From assembly GCF_902713615.1 (NCBI RefSeq), contig NC_052147.1, positions 167,008,410-167,072,409 of the forward strand: 64,000 bases of DNA, read 5' to 3'. This DNA comes from Scyliorhinus canicula (lineage: Eukaryota). This document shows, piece after piece, positions 23,912-37,015 of this stretch; position 1 is the stretch's first letter; each line of letters starts with the position of its first letter. The notes under the pieces are model-generated. The model made no database searches. It saw only the letters and a program-made list of their open reading frames with translations, and was not told the origin of the DNA. Position numbers and translations under genes: made by a program.

Positions 23912-25065
23912 TGTTATTGTTAGGAGCAGGTGAGAAAGGGTGAACTGGCTCCTCTCTATTCAACCTCCTCGTTGTTAGGTTAGGTTAGGTTTCTTTTTTA
24001 CAAGACTATGCCTTATCCAAAACATAATGGGCGGGATTCTCCGGTCTACCAGCCATGTATTTCTTGGCGGCACGCCTTCGCCGGAGGAGGGATTCGCCAT
24101 TCCTGCTACCTACTAATGGGATTTCCCAGTGTGGCCACCCCACGCCGCCAAGAAGCCCACGGGCGTGGGTATGCTGCCGGCGCAATGGAGATTCCTGCCA
24201 GCGGAGAATTCTGCTGAATGTATTTCAATATTTTCGCTGTGAGCAATAAGGAACCGATTGTACATGGTTTTCTTTAGTCAAAGAAAGATCACATTTATTT
24301 ACCAATAACTTGGTGAAAAATAAAAATATGACGTCGCTGAAATAGTCATTCTGCCTCCCCCCCATGCAACACACACAAACATACATAAACACACACACAC
24401 ACACAAACACACATATGAAAAATGAGAGGAGTTAAAGTCCAATTAAAACAAAAAGTAAAAGAATATATTGTCAAGTGCCCTTTGATTATTCTTGAGGGGT
24501 AGATTTTAAACATTATGACAATTCAAGTTAACAGGTTTCTTGGATGTGGTCATATGCAGAAAGTATTGCAATTATTGTGAGATTTTGGTTCACTTGTAAC
24601 TTTCTAGTTCTCTGGAGAGGCTTCTCAACAGGTTGACATGCTTATTCCAAAAGAAAGAGGGAGAGAGAGCCATGTTCAGCTTGTTTCCTCTGCTGAAGAC
24701 TTTCTTGACGTCACCTGTACAACTTGCAACCTCTCTCTTGTGGCTGGGAAGCTTTGGCTTGAGAGACTTCACATACTATGTACTTGGGTGTGTCTGCCTG
24801 GGGCAGACATTGTTTCAATATTGAATTTTGAATGTCTCTTCCTTCGACAGTTAGTACTCAGTTTCAATGGGACTCTTGATTAGAGGAAACCTCTCTCTCT
24901 TCGCGCCTCCCTGTGGGTGATTGGTATATTTCTCATCTTCACCTTGGAATGTGGCCTTTCATTTTTAAGCAGTTTGCTCTGTCTCAATTCAAATTGCTAA
25001 ATTTACAGCCATTTGGAAGTTGAAAAATCATATTTTCAAAAAATAAAGGACATAGCTTCATAACA
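23912..25065. mobile_element. solo-LTR-like element
   Basis: TGTTAT...ATAACA termini; no TSD. Confidence 0.45.
24029..24216. mobile_element. Harbinger MITE, 188 bp, TSD AAT
   Basis: aat|GGGCGGGATTCTCC...GGAGAATTCTGCTG|aat, palindromic arms. Confidence 0.85.
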
Positions 25066-25180
25066 TTACGTTCCAGTTTTTAGCCTCTTTACTCAAGTCA
25101 TAATACAGATATATATATATTGTCCATTAATTCAGGTGCATATTTGCTGCAAAAATATGTTTTTCTTATGATTATCTGTT

Positions 25181-25531
25181 TACATAGATTACATAGAATT
25201 TACAGTGCAGAAGGAGGCCATTCGGCCCATCGAGTCTGCACCGGCTCTTGGAAAGAGCACCCTACCCCCTATCCAAGGTCAACACCTCCACCCCATCCCC
25301 ATCACCCAGTAACCCCACCCAACACTAAGGGCAACCTTGGATACCAAGGGCAATTTATCATGGCCAATCCACCTAACCCGCACATCTTTGGACCGGAGCA
25401 CCCGGAGGAAACCCACGCACACACGGGGAGGATGTGCAGACTCCGCACAGACAGTGACCCAAGTCGGAATCGAACCTGGGACCCTGGAGCTGTGAAGCGA
25501 TTGTGCTATCCACAAGGCTACCGTGCTGCCC
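25181..25531 (-). mobile_element. HE1/V-SINE
   Basis: Full head-core-tail on the minus strand. Confidence 0.85.
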
Positions 25532-26592
25532 CCAAAGCGCTGATGAATTTTCTTGGAATTACTAAAAAGCCCCTTTGTGATAGAGATCTGGTAAAACAGT
25601 TTTAATGACAGCACCCCGACGGTATGGGATGGCCTCATTGGGAAACCCCATTGGCCAGCTGCGGGGACGGAGAATCCCGCTGCTGACAGGGGATGCACCG
25701 CGAGAATCCCATCCGTGTCTCCTTTCCAAATCAGCACATTTAGACTATTCCAAATTCAACTTGATCAAAATCATTGTTATTTTACAGCCCCTCAGACTTC
25801 ACCTAATGAAGGTATAATCAAAAATCATTCACTACAGCTCCGGTCGCCGAGGCATAAATATAAGACCCCACCAGTAAAAAGTAGTGAAATCCCATTTCAA
25901 AACTCTTTTGAAATATTTGGGAAATCTGTCGCATTTAATTCTCAATCTTAATATGAGATGTGAGCGTTTTCCTCAGGCTTCTTAGCATTTCAGTTAGATA
26001 ACTTTTCAACAAAACCTGTCACCCCCCTGAAACGTTGACCTCTGTTCCTCATTCCACGGATGCTGCCGGATGGACTGAGATTTCCAGAATTTTCTATTTT
26101 CATTTTCAGATTTCCAGCCTCTGCAGTCTTTAGCTTTCGTTCTCAGCATATGATTGTGGGATTATATACACATGATAGTCAGACAACAGGATAAGATCAC
26201 CCGACTGGAATTAAATTGTGATGATGCTGCCTGAAACCAATAACAGTAAGCAGCCGTTCCACACAGGTTTTTCCTGCATTTATACAGCGCTTTCAGCATG
26301 GTAACATTCCAAAGTCCTTCACGGGATCGTTAGCAAATAAAATTTGATATCAAAATGCATAAGAGGGCCGCAATTATGAACTGTTGCAATTCACTCCTCC
26401 TGCCACCGGCGCAACGGCGCACCCCCACCCATGGGATTCCCGGCATTGTGGGGGAGCTTCAATGGGAATTTCCATTGACAAGTGGCGGGACTAGAGAATC
26501 CCACCGCCAGCGAATGACGCGCCGCCAGGGAACATGCGGCTGGAGAACCGGAGAATGCAGCCCGAGATCTTGCAACAGATGACTAAAGTTTT

Positions 26593-26732
26593 GGGCCGGA
26601 ATTTTCTGTCCTCATTCACAGCTGGGGTTTTTTGGTGCCGCTGAAAGTGAATGGAGATTTGGCTGAAATGCCAGATTTTCCGTTCTCACTTGCAACGGGT
26701 CCCGTCCCAGATGAGACCGGAGAATCCTGCCC
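26593..26732. mobile_element. short Harbinger MITE
   Basis: GGGCCGGAATTTTC...GGAGAATCCTGCCC, palindromic. Confidence 0.65.
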
Positions 26733-27168
26733 ACAGTCCAGGAAATTGCTTTTACAGAGCCTCTTGGAAAGGGAGAGAAAGGTAAAGAGCTGGAGTGGTT
26801 AAGGGAGAGAATTCCAGAGGGCATGGGTCTAAGCAGCTGAAGGCATAGCTTGCATTAGTGGAACGATTAAAATTGAATATGTGCATGAAGCCAAAATTGG
26901 AAGAGCACAGAGGGATCTGCGATAATTGTAGAGCTTGATGAGTTTACAGGGATGTGTATTGAGTGTATATTAATTCCATTCAGGTGGTGGATAGTGATTG
27001 GAGGCCAGCCTGTGCTGGAAGAGACTAAAACTGTGATCATTGGTTTTCAGCTGCACAATATGTAATTTGTCTGTAAAGTAACGCAGTTAACGTATAAAAA
27101 CGAAACTCCGATCCTATCCACCATCCACTGGCTATCTGAACTACAACGTATGGAAGGGTAGAGAGATG

Positions 27169-29844
27169 GGGTGGGATTCTCCGTTGGCTGACACCGAAAT
27201 CGGGAATCGCGATTGGGCGGAGAATCAGTACCAATGCCGAAATCGTGGCAGGCGCCATTTTGACGCTAAATCGCGATTCACCATCACCTCGATAGCAGCG
27301 TCAATGCGGTCCGGATCAGACATCCAGTAAACACTATTGGCACATCATTAACAGGCCTGGCCCAGTATTCTCCGGGACCTCCGTGATTCTCCGCCTCTGA
27401 ATTCCCAATGGTACAGTTCACTCATGCTTTTAAAAATTGGGAAACCAGCGTTAGAACATAGAACATACAGTGCAGAAGGAGGCCATTCGGCCCATCGAGT
27501 CTGCACCGACCCACTTAAGCCCTCACTTCCACCCTATCCCTATTTTTTCTTTGTTCTTCTTTAACGGGTGTGGAACAGAGAGAAGCATACCTTGGAAAAT
27601 AGGCAACAGGTTTAGATAAAGGATCTGGATCGGCGCAGGCTGGGAGGGCCGAAGGGCCTGTTCCTGTGCTGTAATTTTCTTTGTTCTTTGTTCTTATCTC
27701 AGGAACCCAATAAACCCTTCTAACCTTTTTTTGCTCACTAAAGGCAATTTATCATGGCCAATCCACCTAACCTGCACGTCTTTGGACTGTGGGAGGAAAC
27801 CGGAACACCTGGAGGAAACCCACGCAGACACGGGGAGAAAGTGCAGACTCCGCACAGACAGTGACCCAGCGGGAAATCGAACCTGGGACCCTGGCACTGG
27901 GAAGCGACAGTGCTATCCACTTGTGCTACCATTCTGCCCATTGTGGGTGATAGGGAGAGAGAGGACGTAGAACATGGAGAGGTACAACCGTGTGCTGCCA
28001 GGCCGGACACTGATCGGGCTGGCTGGGGCGGGGGGCGGGAGGGTGATAGGGGAATGGGCCATATGGCCAGGGTGACCCCCCCATGGAACTGGGGTGGTGT
28101 CCACACATTGACCGCCATTACCGTGGCCTGTAGGCAACCATCTTGGTGGGCACCTCATGATCACCGACCTGGCCCCTGGTTCTGCAGAGTAACACTGGCC
28201 ATATGGGTGCCCTACTCCTGAGATAAGACCCCTTAAAACTGGATAGCTGGGATAACACTAGAATAATTCTACATAAGTTAGTTTATTAAGGATTGAGATT
28301 AATCACAGAAAGTATACCCAGTAATCATTATTAACCATAAAACATATATTTCTAGGACACAGCAGTAATAAGCATTCAAACTCTTGCTACAAGCAGTGAC
28401 CACAATGCATGATGGGATTGACGCTCGCTAACCTGCCCATGTTTTTGAGACAAACAGGGATGTGGTGTGGTCAGCAATAACGCAGTCAGCTCAGGAAACA
28501 GTTCTTATCAGCCCCCCCAATATCCTGTCTTAGACAATCCATGGTGAAAAGAGGAACCAACTTAGGAATCTTGCCCCTAGATGAACAATAAGGTAAGCAG
28601 GAACTGGCTGAGACAAGTAAGATGGGAATGTCAGAAAAACAACTTCATAATGATACAATATCCAGAGTAAATTTTACTGCTCAATATAAAATTGATGCTG
28701 TATAAGACACCGGCTGAGCAGGGGGACAGTGGGACATATCTACCAGATCATGGCACACCTGGAACCACGGAGATATGGGGGAGGACATCCGTTCCTGGTG
28801 GCCATCAAGTTGATGGTCGCCCTGAACTTTTACATAACGGAATTCTTCCAGGCACTGGGTGGGGACCAGTCCGGGATCTCACAGACCTCGGTGCACAGGT
28901 GTATCTGCGCTGTCACGGATGCCTTATATGCCGAGTCGACTCACCACATCCATTTCACTAGGGACTGAGTCACCAGGATGCCCGGGCTGAAGGGTTCACT
29001 GCCATTGCCAACATGTCCCGTTCCAGGGGCTGATCAACGGGATGCATGTCACCCTACGAGCAACGGCTGATGACAGGCCACTCTATTCAAGCCGAAAGGA
29101 GTTCCACTCGATGAATGTGCAGCTCCTATGTGGCCATCAGCAATGCATCATGCACGTCTGCACCCGATATCTGGGCGATGTGCATGACATCTTCATCCCG
29201 GCAGACTCGATGATTACAGACATGTTCTGGATGCCCCCCCCCGCTTAGGGGGTTGTCTCCTGGGTGACAGGGGTTATCCACTGTGGGCGTGGCTGATGAC
29301 CCCTATCCAGCGGCCACAGACCGACACGGACACCCACTACAATGAGGCCCATGCCATAACCAGGAGTGTGATTGAGCAGTGCTTCGGCATCCTGATGATG
29401 CGGTTCAGATGCCTGGGTCGCTCTGGAGCGGCCCTCCAGTATGGTGCTGTGATAGATAAATGTAAAAAGCAAGAGGGTGGCTAAGGAAAGGTTGGGACCA
29501 CTGAAGTACAGTGGGGGGAATCTATGTGTTGAGCCAGAGGAAATGGCTTCTCGACAAGTACATGGATAGGATGGAAACAGAGGGATAGGGCATGAGGAAG
29601 TGCTGAGGGTTTTGGCCAAGGCTGGTATCATGACCGGAACAGGCTTGGAGGGCCGAAGGGCCTGTTTCTGTGCTGTATTGTTCTTTGTTTCTCACTGGAA
29701 TCGATTGTGTTCCACGTGACGCTGTTGCTCGCCCCTCAACAGTAGCAGAATTGGTCCAGGTACAGTACCAGTTTTGCTGTCGTGGAACTCCATGAATCCT
29801 GCGCCAACATCAACACTTAGTCTCAGGATTGGAGAATCCCGCCG
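27169..29844 (+). mobile_element. internally deleted Harbinger transposon, TSD ATG, with nested SINE/CR1/LTR-like pieces
   Basis: atg|GGGTGGGATTCTCC...GGAGAATCCCGCCG|atg. Confidence 0.85.
28710..29450 (+). pseudogene. Harbinger DDE transposase fragment
   Basis: ISQTSVHRC, GLINGMHV, RKEFHSMNVQLLC, GDRGYPL..WLMTP, YNEAH..TRSVIEQCFGIL..RFRCL motifs; stops and frameshifts. Confidence 0.9.
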
Positions 29845-30440
29845 ATGAAATCATTTAAAGACAAAGCTGAGAATTTTGAAATTGGATTGTTGCTAGCCCA
29901 GGGGCCAATTGCAGACTATCAAGCACAGGGATTATGGGTGAACAGGACTTGGCCCGAGTTACAAAACGGGAAGCAGGGTTTTAGATGAGTTACTGTTTAC
30001 TGAGGGTGGAAGTTGAGATTCCGGCTGGGAGTGCATTGGAAAAGCCAAGTGTGTTGTTGAAATATCCAAGACAGTGGAGGTATTGAAAGAGGCAATGGTG
30101 TCTTATAATATTGTAGTCTGCTGATTCTGCAGCCAAAAAACATTAAATAGTTGTTTAAATTTATGTTCAGTCAATGTGACAAGTTTTCACCTTCTTTATC
30201 CTTGTATGCAAAAGAACTAATAAACAAAAGAATCATGCGTAGCTTATATCAGCTCAGCAGAGTTCACAGTTCAATGTTTTTGTGTATTTTACTTTGAGAA
30301 TAGCTATGGCCAATCATTAATTGTTTCTTTATTCCCACAGACAATCAAAATGGCAGGAAAGCAAAACAAAAAGAGCCAATAGCAATCCATTATTCTGAAT
30401 AAAGGTGTTTTGAAGCAAAATCTGTCAGAGATTTTCATTC

Positions 30441-30516
30441 TTTTTTTGCTGATGTGCGCTTGAGATTGTTTGAAATAACAAAGGTCTCTCACAATGGCCT
30501 CTCAAACATATAAATA
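30441..30516 (+). promoter_or_regulatory. gene 2 proximal promoter: T-rich Maf half-site TGCTGA (30447-30452), AACAAAG (30477-30483), TATAAATA (30509-30516)
   Basis: Position-conserved motifs upstream of the ATG. Confidence 0.75.
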
Positions 30517-30566
30517 CTGAGCACCCAGAGCAATAATGTGTCAGTCTCTTGCAGTCTGAGCTCAAA

Positions 30567-33500
30567 ATGGGAAAGGTAAGGTTAACTCTCGTATTTTTCA
30601 CCTTATCAATAATTGGTTGGAAAATACAAGTATTTCATTTCATCTTCTTTCCTCACAGGTTATCTTTTACGAGGACAGGAACTTCCAGGGTCGGCACTAT
30701 GAGTGCAGCAGTGACTGTGCTGACCTGTCCCCTTACTTCAGCCGCTGTAACTCCATCCGTGTTGAGAGTGACTGGTGGGTGATGTATGAGAAACCCAATT
30801 ACATGGGATACCAGTATGTTCTGAGCAGGGGAGAATATCCTGACTACCAGCGCTGGATGGGATTCAATGACAACATCAGGTCATGTCGCTCCTACCCACA
30901 CGTGAGTAATTGTCTTGATAGGCATATATTTGTGAATTGTTTTTCGTTTGAAATGGTCTGTTTATCTATTTGAAAGTGAAAAGTGAAAGTGAAAATCGCT
31001 TATTGTCACGAGTAGGCTTCAAATGAAGTTACTGTGAAAAGCCCCTAGTCACCACATTCCGGCGCCCGTTCGGGGAGGCTGTTATGGGAATAAATTAAAA
31101 GTTCACCTTATTTTTCATCCCCTCTTTCTTTAACAGATTCTTTCATCAATAATCTGAATTTTAAGTTGAAATCAAAATCATTGTTTTTTATAAATTTAGT
31201 ATACCCAATTAATGTTTTCCAAATAAGGGGCAATTTAGTGTGGCCAATTCACCTACCCTGCACATCTTTTGGGTTGTGGGGTCGAAACCCACGCAAACAC
31301 GGGGAGAATGTGCAAACTCCACACGGACAGTGACCCAGAGCCGGGGCCAAACCTGGGACCTCGGCGCCGTGAGGCTGCAGAGCTAACCCACTGCGCCACC
31401 GTGCTGCCCCTGAAATCAAAATCATAAGCTACAATTGTCGGTTTGCCTTCATTCAGGAATCGTCTCAGCATTGTCCGAATTGATCATTGTAACTTTGATG
31501 GAAATCGGTGAAAAGGCTGGGTACACCGATTGGGGCTGGAAGGCAAGGATTGGTTGGCAATTGGAATTTTGACAGTCTTCCTCAGAAGTTATGGTGATCA
31601 ATCAGGACAATTTCTGAACAAGCTCCTCGTGAAATATCACTTTGGTGTAGAAAGAATAACAATTGCCAGGACACTCTAGAAAGCCAGCACTAAAAAGGTT
31701 TGAGAAAACTGGCTGAAATTAGTTCAGCTGCCAACATAGGTATTGATACGGCTGATACCACTTGTTAAGTACCCCACCAGGAAACATAGGAGAAAAATCC
31801 ACAGGCATTCTTCTATTTCTCTCCCAGTTGATGTATCCAAGAGCAGTCAAATGGGCCCTCTTGGAGGAACTGCAATATACATAACGGATGAAAATACAAA
31901 TTGTTTCAAAATTGAGAGTTGAGTTTAAATCTTGGAATTATGGTTACAAAACCAAACTATGATAAGTAATCATCTTCCCCTCTCCCAAGTCCTTGGGGAC
32001 AAGAGGTAACCCATGTCTTCAACTGTTGTTTTACCAGCAGAAGAAACATTGGATTTTCTTTTTTACGGAAGATGACCTTTACGTGGTTGTATCATTAGCT
32101 TAACTAGGGCTGGGAGACCGTTTACATGCAACGGAGAGTTGACACTTCATGGTAGAGGAACAGGTATGATGGACAGAAAGAAACTAATTCTGCTGGTTGG
32201 GAAGTTTAGCAAGCATATTGTAAAAATTAGAGCTGGATCTTTCAGAAGTGAATGCAGGAAAAACTTTGACGTGCAAAGAGTAATAGATGTTTGGGATTCT
32301 ATTATGAAAATGACAATCAATGCCAAAACAATTGTCAAGTTGTAAACCAAAGATATGCCATAAATGATATGGGGTGAAAATACATGGAGACAGGTCACAG
32401 ATCAACCATGAACTCAAAATAATGGTGGAACAGACTCAAGGGACAAAGCAGCTAATTCCTCGTCATATCATAGAATCATATAGTCCCTACAGTGCAGAAG
32501 GAAGCCATTCAGCCCATTGAGTCTGCGTTGACCCTCCAAAAGAGCACCCTATCTAGGCCCACACCCCTGCCATATCCCCGTAACACTATATAACATTTGG
32601 ACACTAAGGGGCAATTTAGCATGGCCAATCCACCTAACCTTCACATCTTTGGACAGTGGGAGGAAGCCTGAGTACCCAGAGGAAACCCATGCAGACACGG
32701 GGAGAACGTGCAATCTCCACACATGCCTCTATTCCCATCAAATGCAAGTACTCAGTTGAATCGCAAATTGATATTCAAAGGCTAAATTCTTGTTGCCATT
32801 CCCCAGGGCTTTCTGGAGTGGGACTCCAATCTCAAACCTTCCAGCTCATAGTTTTGAACAGTAATAACTTTGACCATATTGAGAAAACGGTACAATTGTG
32901 ATTGCTGAATATCAGATAACCAAACAAAAATATTGGAAATGTGCAACAGGTCAGAGAACATCTGGAAGCAGAAAAGGCAGGTTAATATTTTGGCTGGAGA
33001 ATTTTCATCAAAGCTGCCAATTAATATTACAACCATCACAAGATGATATTACAAACTGTTGAAGTAATCAAAAAATAATTTTCTTCAGAGTTGTGTAGAC
33101 ATACTTCTACCGAGGGCTGGTTTAGCTCAGTTGGCTGGATGGCTGGCTGATGATACAGAGTGAGGCCAACAGTGTGGGTCCAATTCCCATACCAGCTGAG
33201 GTTATTCATGAAGGTCCTGCCTTCTCAACCTTGCCCCTCGCCTGAGGTGTGGTGCTGATCAGGTTAAATCACCACCAGTCAGCTCTCCCCCTCAAAGGGA
33301 TAAGCAGCCTCTAGTCATGTGGGACTATGGCGGCTTTACTTTATTTCTATCTCTCTGCCAAATGTTTAATTTATTTCTCTCACAGTACCGAGGTGGAAAC
33401 TACAGAATGAGGATTTACGAGAGGCCTGACTTTGGAGGACAGATGATGGAATTCATGGATGACTGTCCATCTGTCTACGATCGTTTCCGTTACCGTGACA

Positions 33501-33661
33501 TCCACTCCTGCCATGTGATGGATGGTTACTGGACCTTCTATGAACATCCCAACTACAGAGGCCGACAGTACTTCATGAGACCCGGTGAATACAAGAGATA
33601 CAGTGACTGGGGCGGCTACAACTCAACTATCGGATCTTTCAGGCGCATGAGAGATTTCTAG
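30567..33661 (+). CDS. gamma-crystallin (gamma-S1-like), gene 2; join(30567..30575,30659..30901,33386..33661), 175 aa
   Basis: ATG GGA AAG|gtaagg, 83-bp intron, exon 2 [11 protein letters not shown]...SYPH|gtgagt, exon 3 [16 protein letters not shown]...RRMRDF*; intact frame. Confidence 0.97.
30659..30901 (+). CDS. gamma-crystallin gene 2 exon 2
   Basis: ctcacag|GTT...CAC|gtgagt, 243 bp. Confidence 0.96.
31185..31410 (-). mobile_element. short V-SINE variant in gene 2 intron 2 (same type at 20519-20743, 42957-43180, 58838-59065)
   Basis: tRNA head, V core, A-rich tail. Confidence 0.85.
32130..32722. mobile_element. CR1 3' end (+) followed by HE1 SINE (-) in gene 2 intron 2
   Basis: [18 protein letters not shown] motif; SINE tail and core. 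Confidence 0.7.
33112..33346 (+). mobile_element. tRNA-derived SINE (non-V type) just upstream of gene 2 exon 3
   Basis: gggctggtttagctcagttgg head; its 3' half recurs at 40240-40373. Confidence 0.7.
33386..33661 (+). CDS. gamma-crystallin gene 2 exon 3
   Basis: ctcacag|TAC...TAG, 276 bp. Confidence 0.96.
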   Translation, partial: YRGGNYRMRIYERPDFGGQMMEFMDDCPSVYDRFRYRDIHSCHVMDGYWTFYEHPNYRGRQYFMRPGEYKRYSDWGGYNSTIGSFRRMRDF

Positions 33662-33711
33662 ATTTTGTGTTGAAAACTATAATTTTCCCATGTTAAAGGA
33701 TATTGAAACAG

Positions 33712-33717
33712 AATAAA
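33712..33717 (+). terminator. poly(A) signal gene 2
   Basis: AATAAA 50 nt after stop. Confidence 0.8.
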
Positions 33718-34664
33718 TGTTCCATCATCAAAACTAATTTTGTTTCTTTGTATTGTGTTTCTATTCTATAAAAATGCAGAACCAAAAATATAATAACCTC
33801 TGAATTGCTACCTGTGCCACGAGCTAATTGGCACAGGGTCAATAAGATTAAGGAGGCAAATCCATGGTTCAAAGATTGGTGTGGGAGAAATGGGTTTGAA
33901 TTCATGGGAAATTGGCAGCAGTACTAGGGAAGAGGTGACCTGTTCCGATGGGATGGTGTTCATCTGAATCATGCTGGGACAAGAGTCCTGGCAATTGCAT
34001 AACTAGGGCTGTAGATAGAGCTTTAAACTAAATAGTGGGCAGGAGAGTTCAGTTATATTGAGAATTAGCAAAACAAAGCTAAAGGAGAAGGTAGAAGTGC
34101 AGGTTAATGGCGAGGACTTTAAACTAGTTAAAGGAGCAGAGGGCTCAGGAGAGGTTAGTAAAGTTTCCAGACAATGTAATAGAATGGAGAGTAGAATAGA
34201 ATAGAAGGTGACAGAATTCTAACTTCAGGCAGAGTAAAAAAGGTGACAGATATGAGAAAGAAGGTGGTCAATGCAGGACTGAGGGTGATGTACCCAAATG
34301 CACGCTGTATACGGAACAAGATAAATGAGCTTGTTGCGCACATTGAAATTGGTGGGTACGATGTTGAGGGCATCACAGAGACGTGGCTGCAAGGGGATCA
34401 GGGGTGGGATCTAAATATACAAGGATATGTGGCCCATCAATAGGTCAGGCAGATGGGCAGAGGGAGCGAGGTTGCATTGTTAGTGAGGCATGAAAGTGAA
34501 TCGATCACAAGGAACAATATAGGATTGGAATGCATATAATCTATGTGGGTAGAGTTGAGGAGTTGCAAAGGTAAAAAGACCCTGATGGGAGTTATGTATA
34601 AGCCCCCTAGCAGTAGTCAGGATGTGGGGCAGGAAATAATCAGGAGATAGAAAAGGCATATAAG

Positions 34665-34895
34665 AAAATCTGGAATCAAAAGTCTAATGATGATCCATTG
34701 TCGATTGTCATAAAAACCCATCTGATTCACTAATGTCCTTTAGGAAAGGACACCTTACCTGGTCTGGCTGACGTGTGACTCCAGACCCACAGCAATGTGG
34801 TTGACTCTTAACTGCCCCCTCTAGGGTAATTAGGGATGGATAATAAATGTTGGCACAGCGTGCGACACCCACATAATATAAATGACTGAAAAATA
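34665..34895 (+). mobile_element. SINE 3' part inserted in CR1
   Basis: Interrupts the endonuclease domain; tail resembles the LINE end at 58638-58700. Confidence 0.6.
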
Positions 34896-36300
34896 AATTA
34901 CAATAATCATGGGGGACTTCAATATGCAGGTGGACTGGGAAAATTAGGTTGGTAGTGGATCCCAAGAAAAGGAATTTGTGGAATGTCTGAAATGGATTTT
35001 TGGAGCAACTTTTGGCAGAGTCTACTAGGCTACAGGGACATCTGGATTTCGGGATGTGTAATGAGGCAGACTTAATTAGGGAACTTAAGGTGAAGGAACC
35101 TTTAGGGGGTAGTGACCACAATATGACAGAATTTATCCTGCAGTTTGAGAGGAAGAAGCTGGAATCAGATGTAACGGTATTACAATTAAATAAGGGTAAC
35201 TACAAAGACATGAGGGACGAGCTGGCCAGAGTTGATTGGAAAAGGAGCCTAGCAGGGATGACAGTGGAACAGCAATGGCTGGAGTTTTTGGGGGTTATTC
35301 GGGTGGCACAACAGAAATTCATCCCAAGGAGGAGGAAATATGCTCAGAGGAGAACGAGGCATCCATGTCTGATGAGGGAAGTTCAGGACAGCATAAACGC
35401 AAAAGGAAAAGCATACAAAGTGGCGAAGATTAGTGGGAAGCCAGAGGATTGGGAAGCCTTTAAAAGCGAGCAGAGGACAACTAAAAAATCAATAAGGGGG
35501 AAGAAGATGGAATATGAGTGTAAGCTAGTCAGTATATAAAAGAAGATAGGAAGAGTTTTTTTCAATATATAAAAGGTAAGAGAGAGGCAAAAATACACAT
35601 TGGACCAATAGAAAAGCAGGCTGGAGAAGTAGTAATTGGGAACAAAGAAATGGCAGAATAGTTACTTTACATCAGTCTTCAAGATGGACGACACCAGTGG
35701 GATACCAGAACTCCAGGAAAATCAGGGGACAGAGGTCAGTGCAGTGGCCATCACTCAGGAGAAAATTCTGGGGAAACGGAAAGGCCTGAAGGTGGATAAA
35801 TTCCCTGGACCGGATGGACTACACCCCAGGGTTCTAAAGGCGAAAGCTGAGGAGATTCTGCTGGTACAGGTGGTGATCACTGGAGGCAGGGACATTCCCA
35901 GAGGATTGTAAAATGGCCAATGTAACACCCCTGTTTAAGAAGTAAGGGAGGCAGAAGATGGGAAATTATAGGCTGGTTAGCCTGACTTCTGGCATTGGTA
36001 AGATTTTAGAGTCCATTATTAAAGATGAGATTGCAGAGCACTTGTAAGTGTATGGCAAAATAGGACTGAGTCAGCACGGCTTTGTCAAGGGGAGGTCATG
36101 TCTGACAAATCAGTTAGAGTTCTTTGAGGAGATAACAAGGAAATTAGATGAAAGAGAACCAGTGGACGTGATCTATTTAGATTTCCAGAAGGCCTTTGGC
36201 AAGGTGCCGCATAGGAGACTGTTAAATAAGTTAAGAGTCCATGGTCTTAAGCGTAAGGTACAGGCATGGGTAGAGGATTGGCAGATTGGCTGAAGACAGA

Positions 36301-37015
36301 GGGCGCGTTTCTCCACTCCCCACATGGCATGGGAGAATCGCGAGAGGGCCTCCCGACAAAATTCACGCCCTCCTCACGCCCCCCTGTGATTCTCTCCCCA
36401 CCCCACTCGGAAGAATCGCCGCTCGCCGTTTTTCACGGCGAACGCCGATTCTCCGCCCGGATGGGCCGAGCGGCCAGCCATTCGTGGCCGTTTCATGATG
36501 GCGGCAACCACACCTGGTCGCTGCCGTCCTGAAACGGGAGTGAGAAGCCCGTTTGGGGCTTGTAGGTGGCCTAGAAAGGAAAGAACACCACGACTGTGCT
36601 CGGGAGGGGACAGGCCCGCGATCGGTGCCCACCGATCGTCGGGGCGGCGTCCAAATCGGACGCACTATTTCCCCTCCGCAGCCCCGCAAGATCAAGCCAC
36701 CACGTCTTGCTGGCCGGCTGAGGGGAAAGACGGCCACCGCGCATGCGCGGGTTCATGCCGTCAGCGTCATGACGTCAGCCGCACATGCGTGGGTTGGAGC
36801 CGGCCAACCTGCGCATGCGCGGCTGACGTCATTAGGCGCGCCGGCCGCATCATTCTCGGCGCAATGCCCCGGCGGCCGAGATTTATGGAGTGCCGCTCCT
36901 GGCCCCGCCGGGAGAGGAGAATAGGGAACGAGGAGCGGCTTCCGAGGCTGTCGTGAAACGCGGCCGAGTTCACGACGGCCCTCACGATTTTTCCCGGGAG
37001 GGGAATATTCCGCCC
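36301..37015. mobile_element. non-autonomous Harbinger, 715 bp, TSD AGA, inserted in CR1 RT
   Basis: aga|GGGCGCGTTTCTCC...GGAATATTCCGCCC|aga; CR1 resumes after it. Confidence 0.9.

Noticed and set aside
26010-26140. Additional hammerheads in old Penelope-like remnants (also 4944-5045 and 32905-33015)
   Set aside because: Core boxes and stems are too decayed to call
28710-29450. Domesticated HARBI1 gene
   Set aside because: Stops and frameshifts, and enclosed by TIRs and a TSD: a dead transposon
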